A DNA stretch of 64,000 nucleotides, taken from Antedon mediterranea (Eukaryota > Animalia > Echinodermata). The notes below the pieces were generated by a model that saw only the letters and a list, made by a program, of their open reading frames with translations, was not told the origin of the DNA and searched no databases. A program made the translations under genes and the position numbers. Where the stretch lies: assembly GCF_964355755.1 (NCBI RefSeq), contig NC_092673.1, positions 22,193,648 to 22,257,647 of the forward strand. Reading direction: 5' to 3'. Of the stretch, positions 24,401-37,700 are shown one piece after another (the first letter of the stretch is position 1; each line of letters begins with the position of its first letter).

Positions 24401-27400
24401 ACAATTGGTTACTCTGTACCACTTTACTTTCTGTGCGTTCAGACGAATGTGGCGTATCAAATTGTAGGCTTGTTTATTGTTCAAAAGGGAACTAATCTCA
24501 CCATGATGGACGCACTCAAAATGTTTAAGACCTGGAATCCTGATTGGAACGCCAAATACTTCATGTTGGATTTTGCCGAAAAAGAAGAGATTTTCTTGAA
24601 AAATATCTTTCCTGGTAAGAACAATATCAAAATTACTGCAGTTTTCATAACATAGCTAGCCTGCTATAATAATTAATTTATTAAAGTTCTGAATGACGTT
24701 GCTATTAGGATTTTTCCTGGAATAATGATAGTAAAGTATGTTTTCCCAAAATGTGCTATTTTTACCCCACATAATAGAAAAAAGTGTTACTATATGTCGC
24801 ATGAGTACACCATCAATTGAAAACAACAGGCTTGGTACAGTAGGTCAGATTTTTAAAAATAATTTTGTTTGTATGTACTATTTTATTTATACCCTATTTA
24901 ATTACATGTGTTTTTTTTTTATCTATTTTTTCAGTTTAACTAATTAAATATACATCTAATAAATTACATTTCATATTTCAAATAATTAATTCTTACAATC
25001 CACAAAACAAACAATGTATAGTGATAATGGTTTTCTTTTTTCAGACTGTAAGATTTTCATGAGCGATTTCCATCGTGAGAAGCGGTGGGAGAGTTGGGGA
25101 AAGTGCAGTGAAAATGGGGTAACGGAACATATAGAGATGATGATGTCAACCTTGCGCAGGATAGCTGATGCTAGCACTACCATTGATTACTTAGCAGCAG
25201 TGGCTGGCTTGACGGAAAGTCAAGTATGGAAAAATTCTGTCAAGCTCCAAGAGTGGATTAACACCATGTGGCTGCCTTCATCTCAGGTAAGAACTGCAGT
25301 GCTGCGAGTGCTCTTTTTGTTTTTCATGCAGTGATAATATGAAACTACATCAGGTTATGCATTTCATCTTTGCATTTTTTGGTGTTGACATAATTCTGTG
25401 ATGCAATTAGAATTCTTGTCTTAGGACAACTTCCTGTGGACAACTACAGTACAGCTGGAGAGGGGAGGTAGTTATCTTTGGTTTTTATCATCATAGTGTG
25501 TGGTTGCCAGTCAGCGGTATGTCATTTGTGGGGTTGGGGATTTTTTATAATACATTTCCGGATAAGGAGTAGGATAATCGAGATCAATACATTATCATAA
25601 TAATATCAAGTACATAGCTTTCGTGATCATACAATGTGATTGGGTGTTACAATTATATCAATGGTGTAAATAAAAGATCTACTTCATGGCACAAATTATC
25701 AGACATACAAGCATTGTTAGAATAACACTTTCTTTGTCCAATGCATCCATGATTCATTTGTTGAATCATGGAGGAAATTCCTTCGTGGTTGAATATACTG
25801 TGTAGGCAGATAAATAGCATACAATACTCCCTTTGTTTGCAGAACATAAAATAGTTGCAATTGTTTGTAAATACATAATGCATGAAGATAATGGACAAAA
25901 AGATAATCTAAGCTTAAAATATTTTCATATTTAATATTTATTTGGTATGTGAAAATACACTATGATAGTTTTGGCATGTTTTGGCATACTCAATTGCCTA
26001 TTTATATGCTGTTTTGGTAAAGTAATCCCAAGTCTGGGAAAACCTTTACTTTAAAGAGTCTTAAAAGGTCTGATTTCCATGTGTCTCAATTTCTTAAGGC
26101 CAACAAAGACAGCGTCGCACTACGTGGCCCGACGAGTCTTGTCGGGAGAAAATTAAAAATGTTATAGTTCTTGCTACTACCTAAAAACTATGCCAGACGC
26201 TATGTCAAGACTACTCGTCGGAATTAAACTCACACAGCACCAACAAGTCAAGATGCTTCGTCGAGCCTTGTCGTACTACGCTGTCTGAGTTGGCCTTTAG
26301 ACGCCTTCCATTTGATGTGTTCTGTGAAGTCAACACATGATCTGATCATATATATTTATAATTAACTCAATCATAGATAATGTTTTGTTCTTATCCTAGA
26401 AATGGGTGAGGGCATTCAAGCCTACTGAGATGGTATTCCATGTACACAATAGCAATGGATTGAAAATGATGGCTGAGTTGCTTCCATTTGCCTACATACA
26501 GAGCTACAACAAAGCTGCAATTAGTAATATGGTAGAAGAGATAGTAACAAACTTTATGCCGACAGTTTACCATAGGTATGTATTTTATTCCTTTATATTT
26601 CATATTTAATACACATGATAGTGCTAAGCGAATTGGAAATAATTTTAAGTCATCATTTTGTCTGTTCACATTTTATCACTGGCATGAATGGCAAGTGAAA
26701 GGTTTCTGGGTAATATTCTTAGAGGTTGCATACAAATGTTTAAATATGCTTGGATTGATTTACTTGATAAAAAACAATAATGAATTGAGTTTTTGATTTA
26801 AGAATGCAACAAATATAAAAACATTGTGGTGATGAGTTTTACATATTATCATTTGGATCAAATTTTTGCTGTCTTTTTCAGATACGAGACAAGGAACCTT
26901 GAAGCGATAGAAAGACCAAACATCCCGGAACCTGTACGAAATACGCCAACGTTTGTAGTAGACACTTTCATAGCCATGTCAAAAAAAGCTGCTTTGTTAG
27001 ATCAGATAGATATTCAGAAAACAGATTTAGGAACTTTTATAGTTAAAACCGCAGGAATATTGAACACAGTTTATTTTGGCAGCAGTGAGAAATTACCATT
27101 TTGCTACACTTGCGAAAACTGGGAACGTCAACGCCAACCATGTGAGCATTTCCATGCTGTCTTCCAACGCCATCCAGAATGGGGCTGGCAACAGTTATGC
27201 TCAGAGTTTAGAAACTATCCTAGCCTTATCTTGGATCATAGTATTGTTCCTGTGCTGAATACTAACAACCAAGAAGCTATGGAGGCGGCATATTTTGTAA
27301 CCTGTGAGAGTAGTAATGTTGAAAGCGAGTGCGGTGAAGCTTTTGAGGAAATGGACCAATCAACATCCTTAGCTGAGAAATGTAGAGAGTGCTTAACTGA

Positions 27401-27512
27401 AATCAAAGACTTTACTTTTGTAGTTGATGACACGCCTACTCTACAGAACTTGTTGACATCACTAGAGCAAGCCAAGTGTGCAATTAAGCAGCAAAAACAA
27501 GTAACAACTTAA
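21420..27512 (+). CDS. MULE-transposase-derived protein: CaRF-like N-terminal domain, MULE domain and SWIM zinc finger, ~779 aa
   Basis: Exons 21420-21651, 22038-22204, 22965-23072, 23624-23773, 23981-24614, 25045-25286, 26400-26575, 26882-27512 give one open frame of 2340 nt. CaRF-like motifs LTCQYG and TKKVNCPASIWIKKMATFPAYK. MULE motifs VMLDATYKT and YFMLDFAEKE. SWIM-like CYTC..W....PCEH. Confidence 0.88.
21689..21862. mobile_element. Tc1/mariner (Tigger-like) MITE
   Basis: CAGTCAACTCTCCTAATATCGGAC pairs with GTCCGGTATTAGGAGAGTT at the other end. Confidence 0.65.
22378..22518. mobile_element. MITE family A copy
   Basis: Right TIR GTTTGATAGTGTAGACAGAGCTTTA and internal CTACCATATTTGGGCACATC. 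Confidence 0.75.
23090..23408. mobile_element. MITE family A copies with expanded internal 21-bp repeat
   Basis: (GTGATATGCCCAAATATGGTA)n plus right TIRs ending at ~23218 and 23408. Confidence 0.75.
26096..26300. mobile_element. Harbinger-like MITE
   Basis: Inverted ends TAAGGCCAACAAAGACAGCGT and ACGCTGTCTGAGTTGGCCTTTA. Confidence 0.6.
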
Positions 27513-27640
27513 AATGTTAAGTTATTCAAAAGTTAATTGAATTCTTGTAAATAATAAATGTTAAATAAAGGTAATTTATTTATAGATTGAAAATCTGGTA
27601 ATTATAATAAGATGAGTGATCAAAATAATATGTTTGAGAC

Positions 27641-27710
27641 AAAGGATAGCCAACAACAATAGAAAAGTGTAGTCTAAAGGATAGCCAACAACAATAGAAA
27701 AGTGTAGTCT
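27641..27710. repeat. 35-bp tandem duplication
   Basis: AAAGGATAGCCAACAACAATAGAAAAGTGTAGTCT x2. Confidence 0.9.
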
Positions 27711-29386
27711 ATTTTTGTGCATGGATGAGTGAATTTTCTATATCGCCCTCTTACTTTTGATTTTGACCATAGCTACTTTTATCAAATATTATTTTCCCAT
27801 TCATTAATTGGATGATCCATCATAATTGATCAAATTATTCGCATTGCGTTTACGTCCTAGTAGAACCCAAGCATACTTTTGATTTTGATCACAGCTACTG
27901 TTTTCACGCTGCTGCTCTAGCCCGCTACGTCCCATTAGGACTACTCAATCAGAAGCTAAAGCAAGCAGCAGTTATAGTTCTAAGGACAGACAGTTTTGTG
28001 AAAATGGAAACTCCACTATGATTTATTGATTCCAGCTGCTACAGTAGACCCAAAAAACGGCTGGGAAAGAGTCTATTAGGACATGTCATGCTAAAATTAC
28101 AAATCCCTATATTCACTGTCAGATAGTCAGATATTCATTGAATTATTATCGAAACAGTCCATTAAAGTTTGTGTTTGTAATAGGATACTTCACAATTGAA
28201 ATATCTAGGGTGATAAAATTAACTAAAGTGACAGAAATTGAGTATTCACTTCTGTAACTTATTCACATATAAAAGATAAAAAGAAACCCAAAAACCATTG
28301 TCTGACAGACAATTTAAGTATTTGTTGCTTTAAATTACATTTTTTCAGGTAAAATAACTATCTATTATGTGACAATAAAATGACACATTCAAAAACATTT
28401 GAAATAAAAAATATTTTTCAATAAGCGAGCAGCGTTTTTTGTAAGAAATATTTCTTGTTCAAATTGTATTAGAATCTCCCCATTCATTAGTTGGATGATC
28501 CATCATAATTTGTCAAATTATTTGCATTGCGTTTACGTCCATGGTCCTAGTAGAACCCAAGCTTAAAATCACCTTCATTCCAAAAAAATTATCAGCTTTG
28601 ATTGCAATAATATTTGAGAGTACAAAATGTGACTGATTATTACACAATTTCATTGGGTACATTCCAAAGTATGATGAATGGGTTGTCACTGATAAATAAA
28701 ATAATAATAATAATAAATAAACAGAATGTCAAAAATTGATCTGATTATAAACAAACCAAATATAGTGGAATTTATATTTGATACAGTATTTTTATTTTAC
28801 AAAAATAAATCCTCTTTTTGAATATGTTTGTTTGTATGTTTTTAAACTACACTTTTGAGATTGTATGTATAGATACATGTATGATTGATAGTAGAACCAC
28901 TATTAAAAGTGTCCCTTAATAGGGATGTAATCTAAATGGGTTGGCTGTAGTGTTATAACTAACTATATACATATTGCCCCTAATTTTTTTTAATACATTA
29001 AAATATACATTACAGGTACATATAAAAATATATATTATATTATTTTTTTTCACTAGCATACTGTTTATTTATGCAAACTCCGTTTTCGGTAATGAAAATA
29101 AATATTATTATATTAAAAAATCCAAATATTATTAAAGCTGGAGGAAGGTAAAAATTAGTAGTACTAGTAGTATAGTATGTTGCATCCTCCATGGTTGCAT
29201 CAGTCTACAATTATATAGAATTCGGTATTTGATTCATAAATTCACCTTTTGCACTCCATACGTTCATTTGAAAAACAGAACAACAGCGCCTCCTTTAATG
29301 ATCCATATTTCGATGAAAAAACGTGTTTTTTTAGGCTAAAGTAAAGATAAAATAACCTGGATTTATCGTTATTTTTTTTATTAAAA

Positions 29387-29695
29387 ATGATTAAAAGAGG
29401 ACCTACAAGAATTGAACCAAGACTTGAAGATATTGATGAATTTGAACGTTTTAAGAAAGAACTTGAAAATAAACGACGAGAAAAGAACCAGGTTTCACAT
29501 GCTAGCAACAACCCCGAACAATCGACATCTTCTCCCGCCGTACAGGACGCTGTTATGGAAGGTCTACCGTTAAGCCTAGGCCTAGTTCCAGATGCAAAAC
29601 AAAAGCAAGACGAAATACACAGACGTATTGGTTATGACCCAACCCCTGTGCAGACTGCTTCTAATAGAATAGGAGAACTTAGAGATGGTGTATGA
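29387..29695 (+). CDS. CDC26: Anaphase-promoting complex subunit CDC26, 102 aa, single coding exon
   Basis: N-terminus MIKRGPTRIEPRLEDIDEFE matches the CDC26 signature [20 protein letters not shown]. C-terminal IHRRIGYDPTP matches INDRIGYKPQP. Confidence 0.93.
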   Translation: MIKRGPTRIEPRLEDIDEFERFKKELENKRREKNQVSHASNNPEQSTSSPAVQDAVMEGLPLSLGLVPDAKQKQDEIHRRIGYDPTPVQTASNRIGELRDGV

Positions 29696-30067
29696 ATCAA
29701 ATTTCTAATACCGACAAAACTATTATATTTTTAGACTAAGCCAGGCGGCCTATTAATATTATTAGGCCCGGGCCTAGTAGTAGGCCTATTTATAGAGAAA
29801 AAAGTAATTCTCTATATTAAATTCATTCAGGCTACGACCATGGAGTAAAAAAAAAACACATTATACACAGTCAGTGTCACGTCGGTGGTGGCCAAAGAAA
29901 GGAAGCAATTGATGCCTATCTATCTAGGGAAAATGGAACTGTTAACAGATTTTAAACTATTCAGATACTTTAGTACCCTGTATCACTATCATACTAGGCC
30001 TAGGCCGAAAAAGGCTGGCTGCAAGAATTCTTTGAGATGTTTGTGGAGAAAAAGAGAGTTTTTTTTA

Positions 30068-30390
30068 TAAAATGTGCTGGCATGACTTAAATATACACCA
30101 GGAACATCAAAACATGACATGAACAACATCAATTATGACTGTCATTTTACTACCGAAGAGTCAAAACTTAATTACTCCGTTTCAATACATTGTTACAAGT
30201 ATAATTCAATCACCAGGCCTATTAAATGTGCTGGTATGAATTAGACACCAGGAACATCAAAACAAGACCGCTGGCTGGAAAAATATTAATCAACAACATC
30301 AATTATGACTCGTGCCAAACTTTAAAACTTAATTACTCCATTTCTATACATAATTGCATGTATTAAAATTATCATAATCACCAGGCCTAT
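30068..30390. repeat. Diverged ~155-bp tandem duplication
   Basis: AAATGTGCTGG...ACACCAGGAACATCAAAACA...CAACATCAATTATGACT...ATCACCAGGCCTAT occurs twice. Confidence 0.8.
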
Positions 30391-31722
30391 CATTTATTAA
30401 AATAAAAGCCAATTTATTCTGAAATCAAGTTTCATTACAAATTGAATAAGTTACTGAAAAATAACAAACTAGTTAATTAACTTGCGCTAGAATTGATATG
30501 AATTGAAAAATAAAATATGAATTTAAAGTTTTTAAGTTGACTCTGTATTAATTCAATTAAATCAATTATATTTTAGTGGTTTTGACCTGCATTAGTCAAA
30601 TATTTTATGTGGTTTCGTTTCTTTTATTATATGATGCTTTTACGAAATGTAAGCCATTAGCCAACCCTTGTTTCAATTGTTGTTTCAGTGCCTGGATTAA
30701 AGTGAAATATGAAGGCGTGATCCCGCGTCTAAAAATCTATTATTCAAGACTGTATGCCAGAATTTATATTGGATACAACGGGGGACACTTTTTCTCCAGC
30801 TGGTCTGTAGTTTGAAAAGGGCACTTCTCCCAATAGGCCTATAAAAGATCGTTCGTACGAACTTTCAAATGCACAAAACCCAACCGACACCCACCCCTTT
30901 AAGAATTAGGCCCTATGAGTAGTGACATTGCGTTAAACTCCTACATTGATATTATATTGGCAACATTGGATGATCTCGATTTCTTCACCTATATATTAAT
31001 ATAATTATATACAAAGTAGTACTATACTATTTCTGCACACCTAATTATTGGATCACACGAAGTAATCAGTTATAAAATCGACGATACCAATTATTAGATA
31101 ACAGAAATGTCACGTCAAGCTATTAAATTAACGACTTATTCAACGTTTTCCCCATTGTTGTTATACAGAGTCAAGGCACAAAGACAATAAATGTGCAAAA
31201 CACATATGCACATGCTTTCATAGTTATTATAAGGTTAGAAAGTTGAAGTTTCATCTTGAGATTCGGCCGGCTACTTTATTTACTGATCAAACACAACAGA
31301 ACATAAACCTAATTATTTTTACAATAAAAAAGCAAAGACTTTTGTGTGGCTATCAGTCGATGGTAGGTAGAGTCGATAAACCTTAATTATCATTATACCT
31401 CGATTGTAAATTTGTACAGGTAGTAAGTACTAATACAGTTTTAAAATTGAAGGAATTTAGGCCAACACACCTTCCGTCACCCACTTATAAAGGCTATTGT
31501 TATATTTGGCTGCATGGTTGAGTGACCTAAGCTCTATTCATTCAAATTCAACCTCAAGGCTTTTATTATTCATTATCTGTTCTGTAAATTCTTTTCAACA
31601 GTAGCGTGTTGTCAGTTCACACAACCATGGCTCATACTTGTTGAAGTTCTGACAAATCATCGAAATTAATACAATTTGATTCATATTTTTCCAGATGTTG
31701 CGTCTGAAACGAATACATAAAC

Positions 31723-34700
31723 ATGTCTGAATCACCAGAAAAACAACAGCAGAAAAAAACATCGAAAACTAAAGCATTTAAGAAAGGTAAGTTGAAGAAG
31801 TTTTAGCGTTGTGGGCGACAATAAAGGGCATATGACCGTTTCGGCCACAGACAGTTTCGGCCACAACAGATTTCTATGGCGCGCCATTCACGCATATATT
31901 AGACCGTGCTATTGTTTTTGCTATTAGTTATCGCATCTCATGCTTTGTTGGATAGTATTTTTTATGACGATTACTACCATTACAGTGTTATCATTCTTAA
32001 CGTTATTCCACTACAATTTGCATTTATTAGATTTGTTGTTTCCATTCCAGTTTAGTTATATCATGGAGTCTTGGCGAAAAACAAATTCAACTGTCAGTGA
32101 CACAGTTAAATACTCTCTTAGTACAGACGTATTAATAGTTTGGCTATGAAAAAAGAAATAGAAATGCTAAGAAAAAAAAAGAAATTTAATTAAAACGTTT
32201 TTCCTTCCATTGCTTAGGTGACCTAAGGAACAAAGAGGAATATCAGGAACTCACACATCAATACAAGCAGAATCAAGAAGAAAATTAGTGATAAAAAAAA
32301 ATAAATTTAATAAAACTTTGTCATCTTCATTTGATTGGTTTTTAATACAACACAGGAGTAATTAAATGTTTTATTATGGAGCTCAGGTCATGTCTTAAGA
32401 ACACAGGTGCATAAATAAAACGAACATATCAGACCCAACATAAAAATAATAATCGAGTAATTTGCGGCGATATGCATTTAACATATTTTAACATGTCAAA
32501 ATACAGTACAAACAAAATGAGTAATAATTCGGATAAAAATGCGACTAAGGATAACATTTGTTGCGTTCAATGCGAACGTCAGAGGAAGTCCCCAAACTAA
32601 TTACTAGGCCTATTATCAATTAATAATTGCTGCTATAAATATATTGAGCAAAACGTTGAATTGTATTATTTTTCAATAAATGCAAGTAAGTCAGTAAAAC
32701 AACAACTTAAAAAATTCATTTTCATTTATCCACTAAACTGTACAAGTGTTGCTTAAACCACACTCCAGAAAAGAAAATATGAAAGAAATTTGCAGAAAGA
32801 AGCAACCAAACACTGTTATTTCAAAGTTCGGAACATCAGTAATTACTACGGAAATTCGGCCCAATATTTCGGACGTAGGGAAATGAAGATAAATAGGCTA
32901 CTACGGAAATGATGGGGAATCCCCGGCAAAATGCAATGACTACGGACAAATCAACCACCCATATGACGGGGTTTTCCACGTACCTTCTCATGACGCACAC
33001 AGTCAGAAATTCATTCCGAGCCTGTTCAGAAACATATCTAAAAAAAAATTCTTCAATGCCTTCGCATAATTCCTCTTGGGTAGTGGTGTTTTACTAATAT
33101 TTCAAGTTCATTTTATTAGGTAAAATTTTACACGCAAAAACAACGCAGGCATTTCTATTAACATTTATTTACCAGTGTTTCATTTACATCTTACAACAAA
33201 TTAATTCTTAATAATTATATACTTTCTTCAATTGTTTCTTCCGATAAAATAAATCGTATTCTTAACCACTTTGTTCTTCCGTTTCTTATTCCTTCAAAGT
33301 TATATTTATTGTACACAATAAAATTAGTATATATCCCTACGTACTTCAATTCGTTTTATATTTATAGAAAAATGTACATACAATTAGTATCACTTAGGCC
33401 TCATTCAATTCATTTCTTTTATTTGTAAAAACTATACATTTTAATTTCAACCGTATTGTATTTTTTGTACTCTGAAATATCGGTATCTACGTAATTCTTC
33501 GTTTCTTATCTCATCATGCCACCTAGCTACAAAATACGTGTTAGTATTTTATTTTCATTATTAATTAATTAATTAATTAATTGCCAAGTTTGTCTGTGTC
33601 CGTGTTTTCCTGTGTAAAAACAAAAGTAAAACGCAATGAAATCGATAATCCTGTATTACATTGTCGTGTCTCATTGTTCCCCTATCAATGGCACTATGGG
33701 CGTTCCATAGATATGGTAGTAATATTGTCTGTGGCCGAAATTGTCTGTGGCCGAAGTTGGCCTAATCCCAATAAAGTCCTTTAAAATGACGCATTATTTG
33801 ACAAGAACCTTTTGGGAATACAATCTGTGAATTGTAAAATGGAGGAATTACCCATTCTCTTAATGGCTGTAGCCTAGGCCACCGATACAAAATACTTTCT
33901 GCAGGAATATACGGCTATTCCTAAATCTTTGGCTGTTGCAGTTAGTACCGCAAAACAAAATAATAATAACAAAAATAAGAATTAAATATTTTACCCGATT
34001 CTTTGACAAAAGGCAATTGCTTTATTTGATGTTTAGTTACTTAAACTTTTGTTCTGTTTCTTCATATTTCTTTGATGAATATAGTTTATTTTCAACTTTC
34101 TGTGAAAGATATTTTTGTATATGGTCATGTTGAGAATTAAAACACTCTCTCACTGCACCATACGCATACGTCGGTCTGGATTCATCATTCCGGTAAAAAC
34201 GCGTGATGACCGCGCAGAGTCACTAAAGATGAAACAGATTATAATAAGAGAACAAGGATATTTGTTTTTTTTTAATTGGTTAGGCCTAGTGTGTGTGTTT
34301 TAGTTAGTGATTCAACTAAACAAAATAGACAATGCCATGGCCGTGTTTTATCAAACCTCTTGAGTGTCAATGAATAGTTATTATTCTGACATAATTATTT
34401 ACTTTGACCTATGTTTAGGTGTTTGAGGAGTTACCGTATTACAGGCTATTATCTAGTTTAATATGTTTTTACGCTTTAATGTAACCCTAGGGAGAGTCTC
34501 CATCGATACATGCATTCATTTTGTAATGTTAGAGTCGAATCTATTGTACAATATTGACAATTTGGGAGGGGAAACAACAGATTAGGAGTGTCCATCGTTC
34601 AAAATGATGAATGAAGCCTGAAGTCATTCCACCACTATTGTAGATAGGGGCCTATAATAACAATTAGTATTATAGTACAGTACAAAATAGATTAATATTA

Positions 34701-37700
34701 TCGTCGACTTCAGCTTATAGTATTACCAGACTGTAGAACTGGTCAGTCCTATATAAAAATGTTGTATTTGCGGTTTCTATCTAAAATAATAGTTCATTTA
34801 TTACAGCAATTATTTAATAATTTCGTAAATTATTCTTTATTAAAAATATTCCGCGTTTCTACAGTAGTTACAATAAATTAGCTGGCTTCTTTAAGAGAGA
34901 AAGTTACACGACAAAATATGGAAATTAATTGTATTTGGTAAAGATAGATGAAATTAGATTGGTCATTCCTCCCTATGCAATTCCGTTTATGTCCACAAAG
35001 CTATATAGTGTACATTATTTTTCAATGAGCTACATCCCAGACAGTAGTATAAAAAAGAAAATTAAAACAGAGCTAACGAATTTTACAATCAACTAGGTCT
35101 ATTATAGGTCTATCTTCCACATTATTTACTGTATGAAATGATGAGGTTAAGTAGTATGTATAAAGGTTAACTGTTCCAAAATCATGTTTATTGAAATTAA
35201 TAACTACTGGTTTGATAGATATTTAGCAGTTTAGTAGGCCTACTATATCCTGATATTCGTTGAAGTCTTTAAAAAGAGTATATTATATAAAAGAATACAG
35301 TATTTATTTTGCCCAGTTGACTTGCTGACTTCTTAATCGACGTGGTAAAATAAATAAGTCTGCTTTGAACACCAAAGGTTATATAAATACGCTTTATGTT
35401 TTAGAAACAAAATTTTGTAAAGAAGTGGTTTTTTATTTATTCAAAATCAGTAAAGAATTGGCATAGTAGAGTGTTTATGAATTGACACCGTTTGGTATGT
35501 AGCGTCTATACAGAAACGATCAAGCTTTGTATACAATAATCCTTCAACAATTTCTTTTCAATTTGTTAATATTTGGCTTTGAACCTACTTGATTATTGAC
35601 TAGGCTTAGTAGCAGCTAGGCTTAAGCTGAAAAGCCAGTTTTATTTCTATAACAAAAACTGAAAAATACCTTAGTTCGCTGCCACTAGAGAATCAAACTT
35701 GATACCCTAACTATTTTAAACCGATGTATTCAAAATCAGGTCTATAGAATGTTGGTTTTCTGGCAGTCGCTTAACAACATACAGTCATGTAGGCCTATTT
35801 TGTTTGTGGGTTCGTTTTAAATAATTATGTACGGCAACCAACAACCTTTCTGCTTCTGTTTCGAACCTCATCTGGTATTTGGTTGTCCTGACAATGGTAT
35901 GACCTAACAATGCGCGTCCCCTGTTATAATATGGTCTATTCGTCTATTTATTTATTTGTTTGTTTATTTGTTATTTTTACGGTATCTTAATTAATGTAAC
36001 TAGTTTTTAGTGGCCCCCAATCACAAGCCCTTGGGTTTCTTGGAGGTTCCTTTTATCGTTTAAAATATGTTTTTACTCCTCGCTGTTTTTGTTTGTTTAT
36101 GAGATGAATCAAGAAATGTATGTTATGTGATTAGGTTATAAAAATGTACGTAGCATTATCACCGCTAAAACTACCGTTTTAAGCAAAAATATTGTAAGTT
36201 ACAGTACGTATCCACGTTGTTATGTCGTTTTTTCTTGATAAAGGATAGTGAATTAGCTGTATTCATGTAAAATATCCTCTTTTTTTATAGATTTGTTTAA
36301 AAAAAATCTTGTTTACAGGTACTTCGTCATATTATTGCTGTTGAAGAAAATAAATGTTTGCGTTGAATTGAATTGATTTGTTTGTTTGTTACAGGGTTTT
36401 TGGTATACAGTATATTAAACGAGGTATTATATACTTGTCTTTTGTATTGTAACATCAAACGTGGGAATGTTGTCACCCATTCAGAATTTTATAAAAAATC
36501 GTTTGGAATTTCAATTTGTTGAAAACACGCAAAAATGCGAAAAGTAAACGTTGGTAATATAACGTTTTCGTTCGTGAAAACCAAGTGGATTGAAACGTAA
36601 CAAAACTGTTTATTAATTATTAATAAATTGAAATGTTTTCTTTGCAGGAATTTCAAAACTGGTAAAGAGTCCTAAGAAGTCACACCCTGGGACAACAACC
36701 TTTGATGGAAGTAGCGGAAGTGGTAGTGGATCTGCAACTTTGGGCCACGGCTACAGAACAGGACAAAACAAGAACCAAGATGGTATACTCAAACGTAGCA
36801 GATCATTGAATCAAATTGACACCAAGGATGATGATGACACCGAGAGTCTTAATTCGGCAGCGACTATCAGTGTCTTTAGAAGTGTACATTTTGACAGTAC
36901 TAAAAACCTAGAAGAAGGCAGGATATCTGATGCTGGATGGGCTTCTTCCAAAGCTTCCACTTCAAACGGCAACGTAGTGCCGCCACAAGTAATAGTACAT
37001 GATTCTGATTATATACAACCAAACGCCATACCTGGTCAGCAGTATGGGAGTTCAGATCATGTTTCCAGAGGTCATAGGTCAGCGACTCTTCCTCGTAATG
37101 TTAAACTTCGGTCATTCAGTGACAGTAGTGAAGATAAAAACGAATCAATTGATAATGGTAGGAGTGAAAGACAAGATCAATTTAAACGATCACAGTCAAC
37201 TCCAAGCGCAAGAGAATTAGATAATCTTGGAGTAATTAAACTTGTGGCAAGCAGTCAGAACATTGCAAGCTCTCCCGTATCAACTCCTCAGACCGTGACA
37301 ACAGTTCCTATTCAAAGTCCTCAACAAGATTTACAGAGAGTGCAAGGTATACCTCCCGTCCAACTAAAGGAATTGGAGGAACGAATCGAGAGAAAGGTTA
37401 GAAGAACTGTGGATAAAATATTACGGAAGCAAAGGGAAACTGGCGCTCCATCACTTTCTGGTACAAATCAGAAGCTGACAGTTTGGGAATGTATGGTTCT
37501 TGAGATTCAGCGAGTAATGGAGACATTATACATTGAGAAGGTTCAGAAAGAACGACATCTGATACGCAAGGAAATAATCAAGAAACTTGAAGCTGAGAAA
37601 CCTCCAACTCAGGAAAGTGAAACACAGGCTAATTTAACGGTTGTCGAAGCAAGACCATTTATTCAACCGCTGGAAGTGAAACATACAGATTTCGTTTCAC

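Noticed and set aside
21420-27512. Active autonomous MULE transposon
   Set aside because: The CxxH Cys and catalytic Glu positions are substituted, no TIR or TSD is seen, and the introns have accumulated MITEs.
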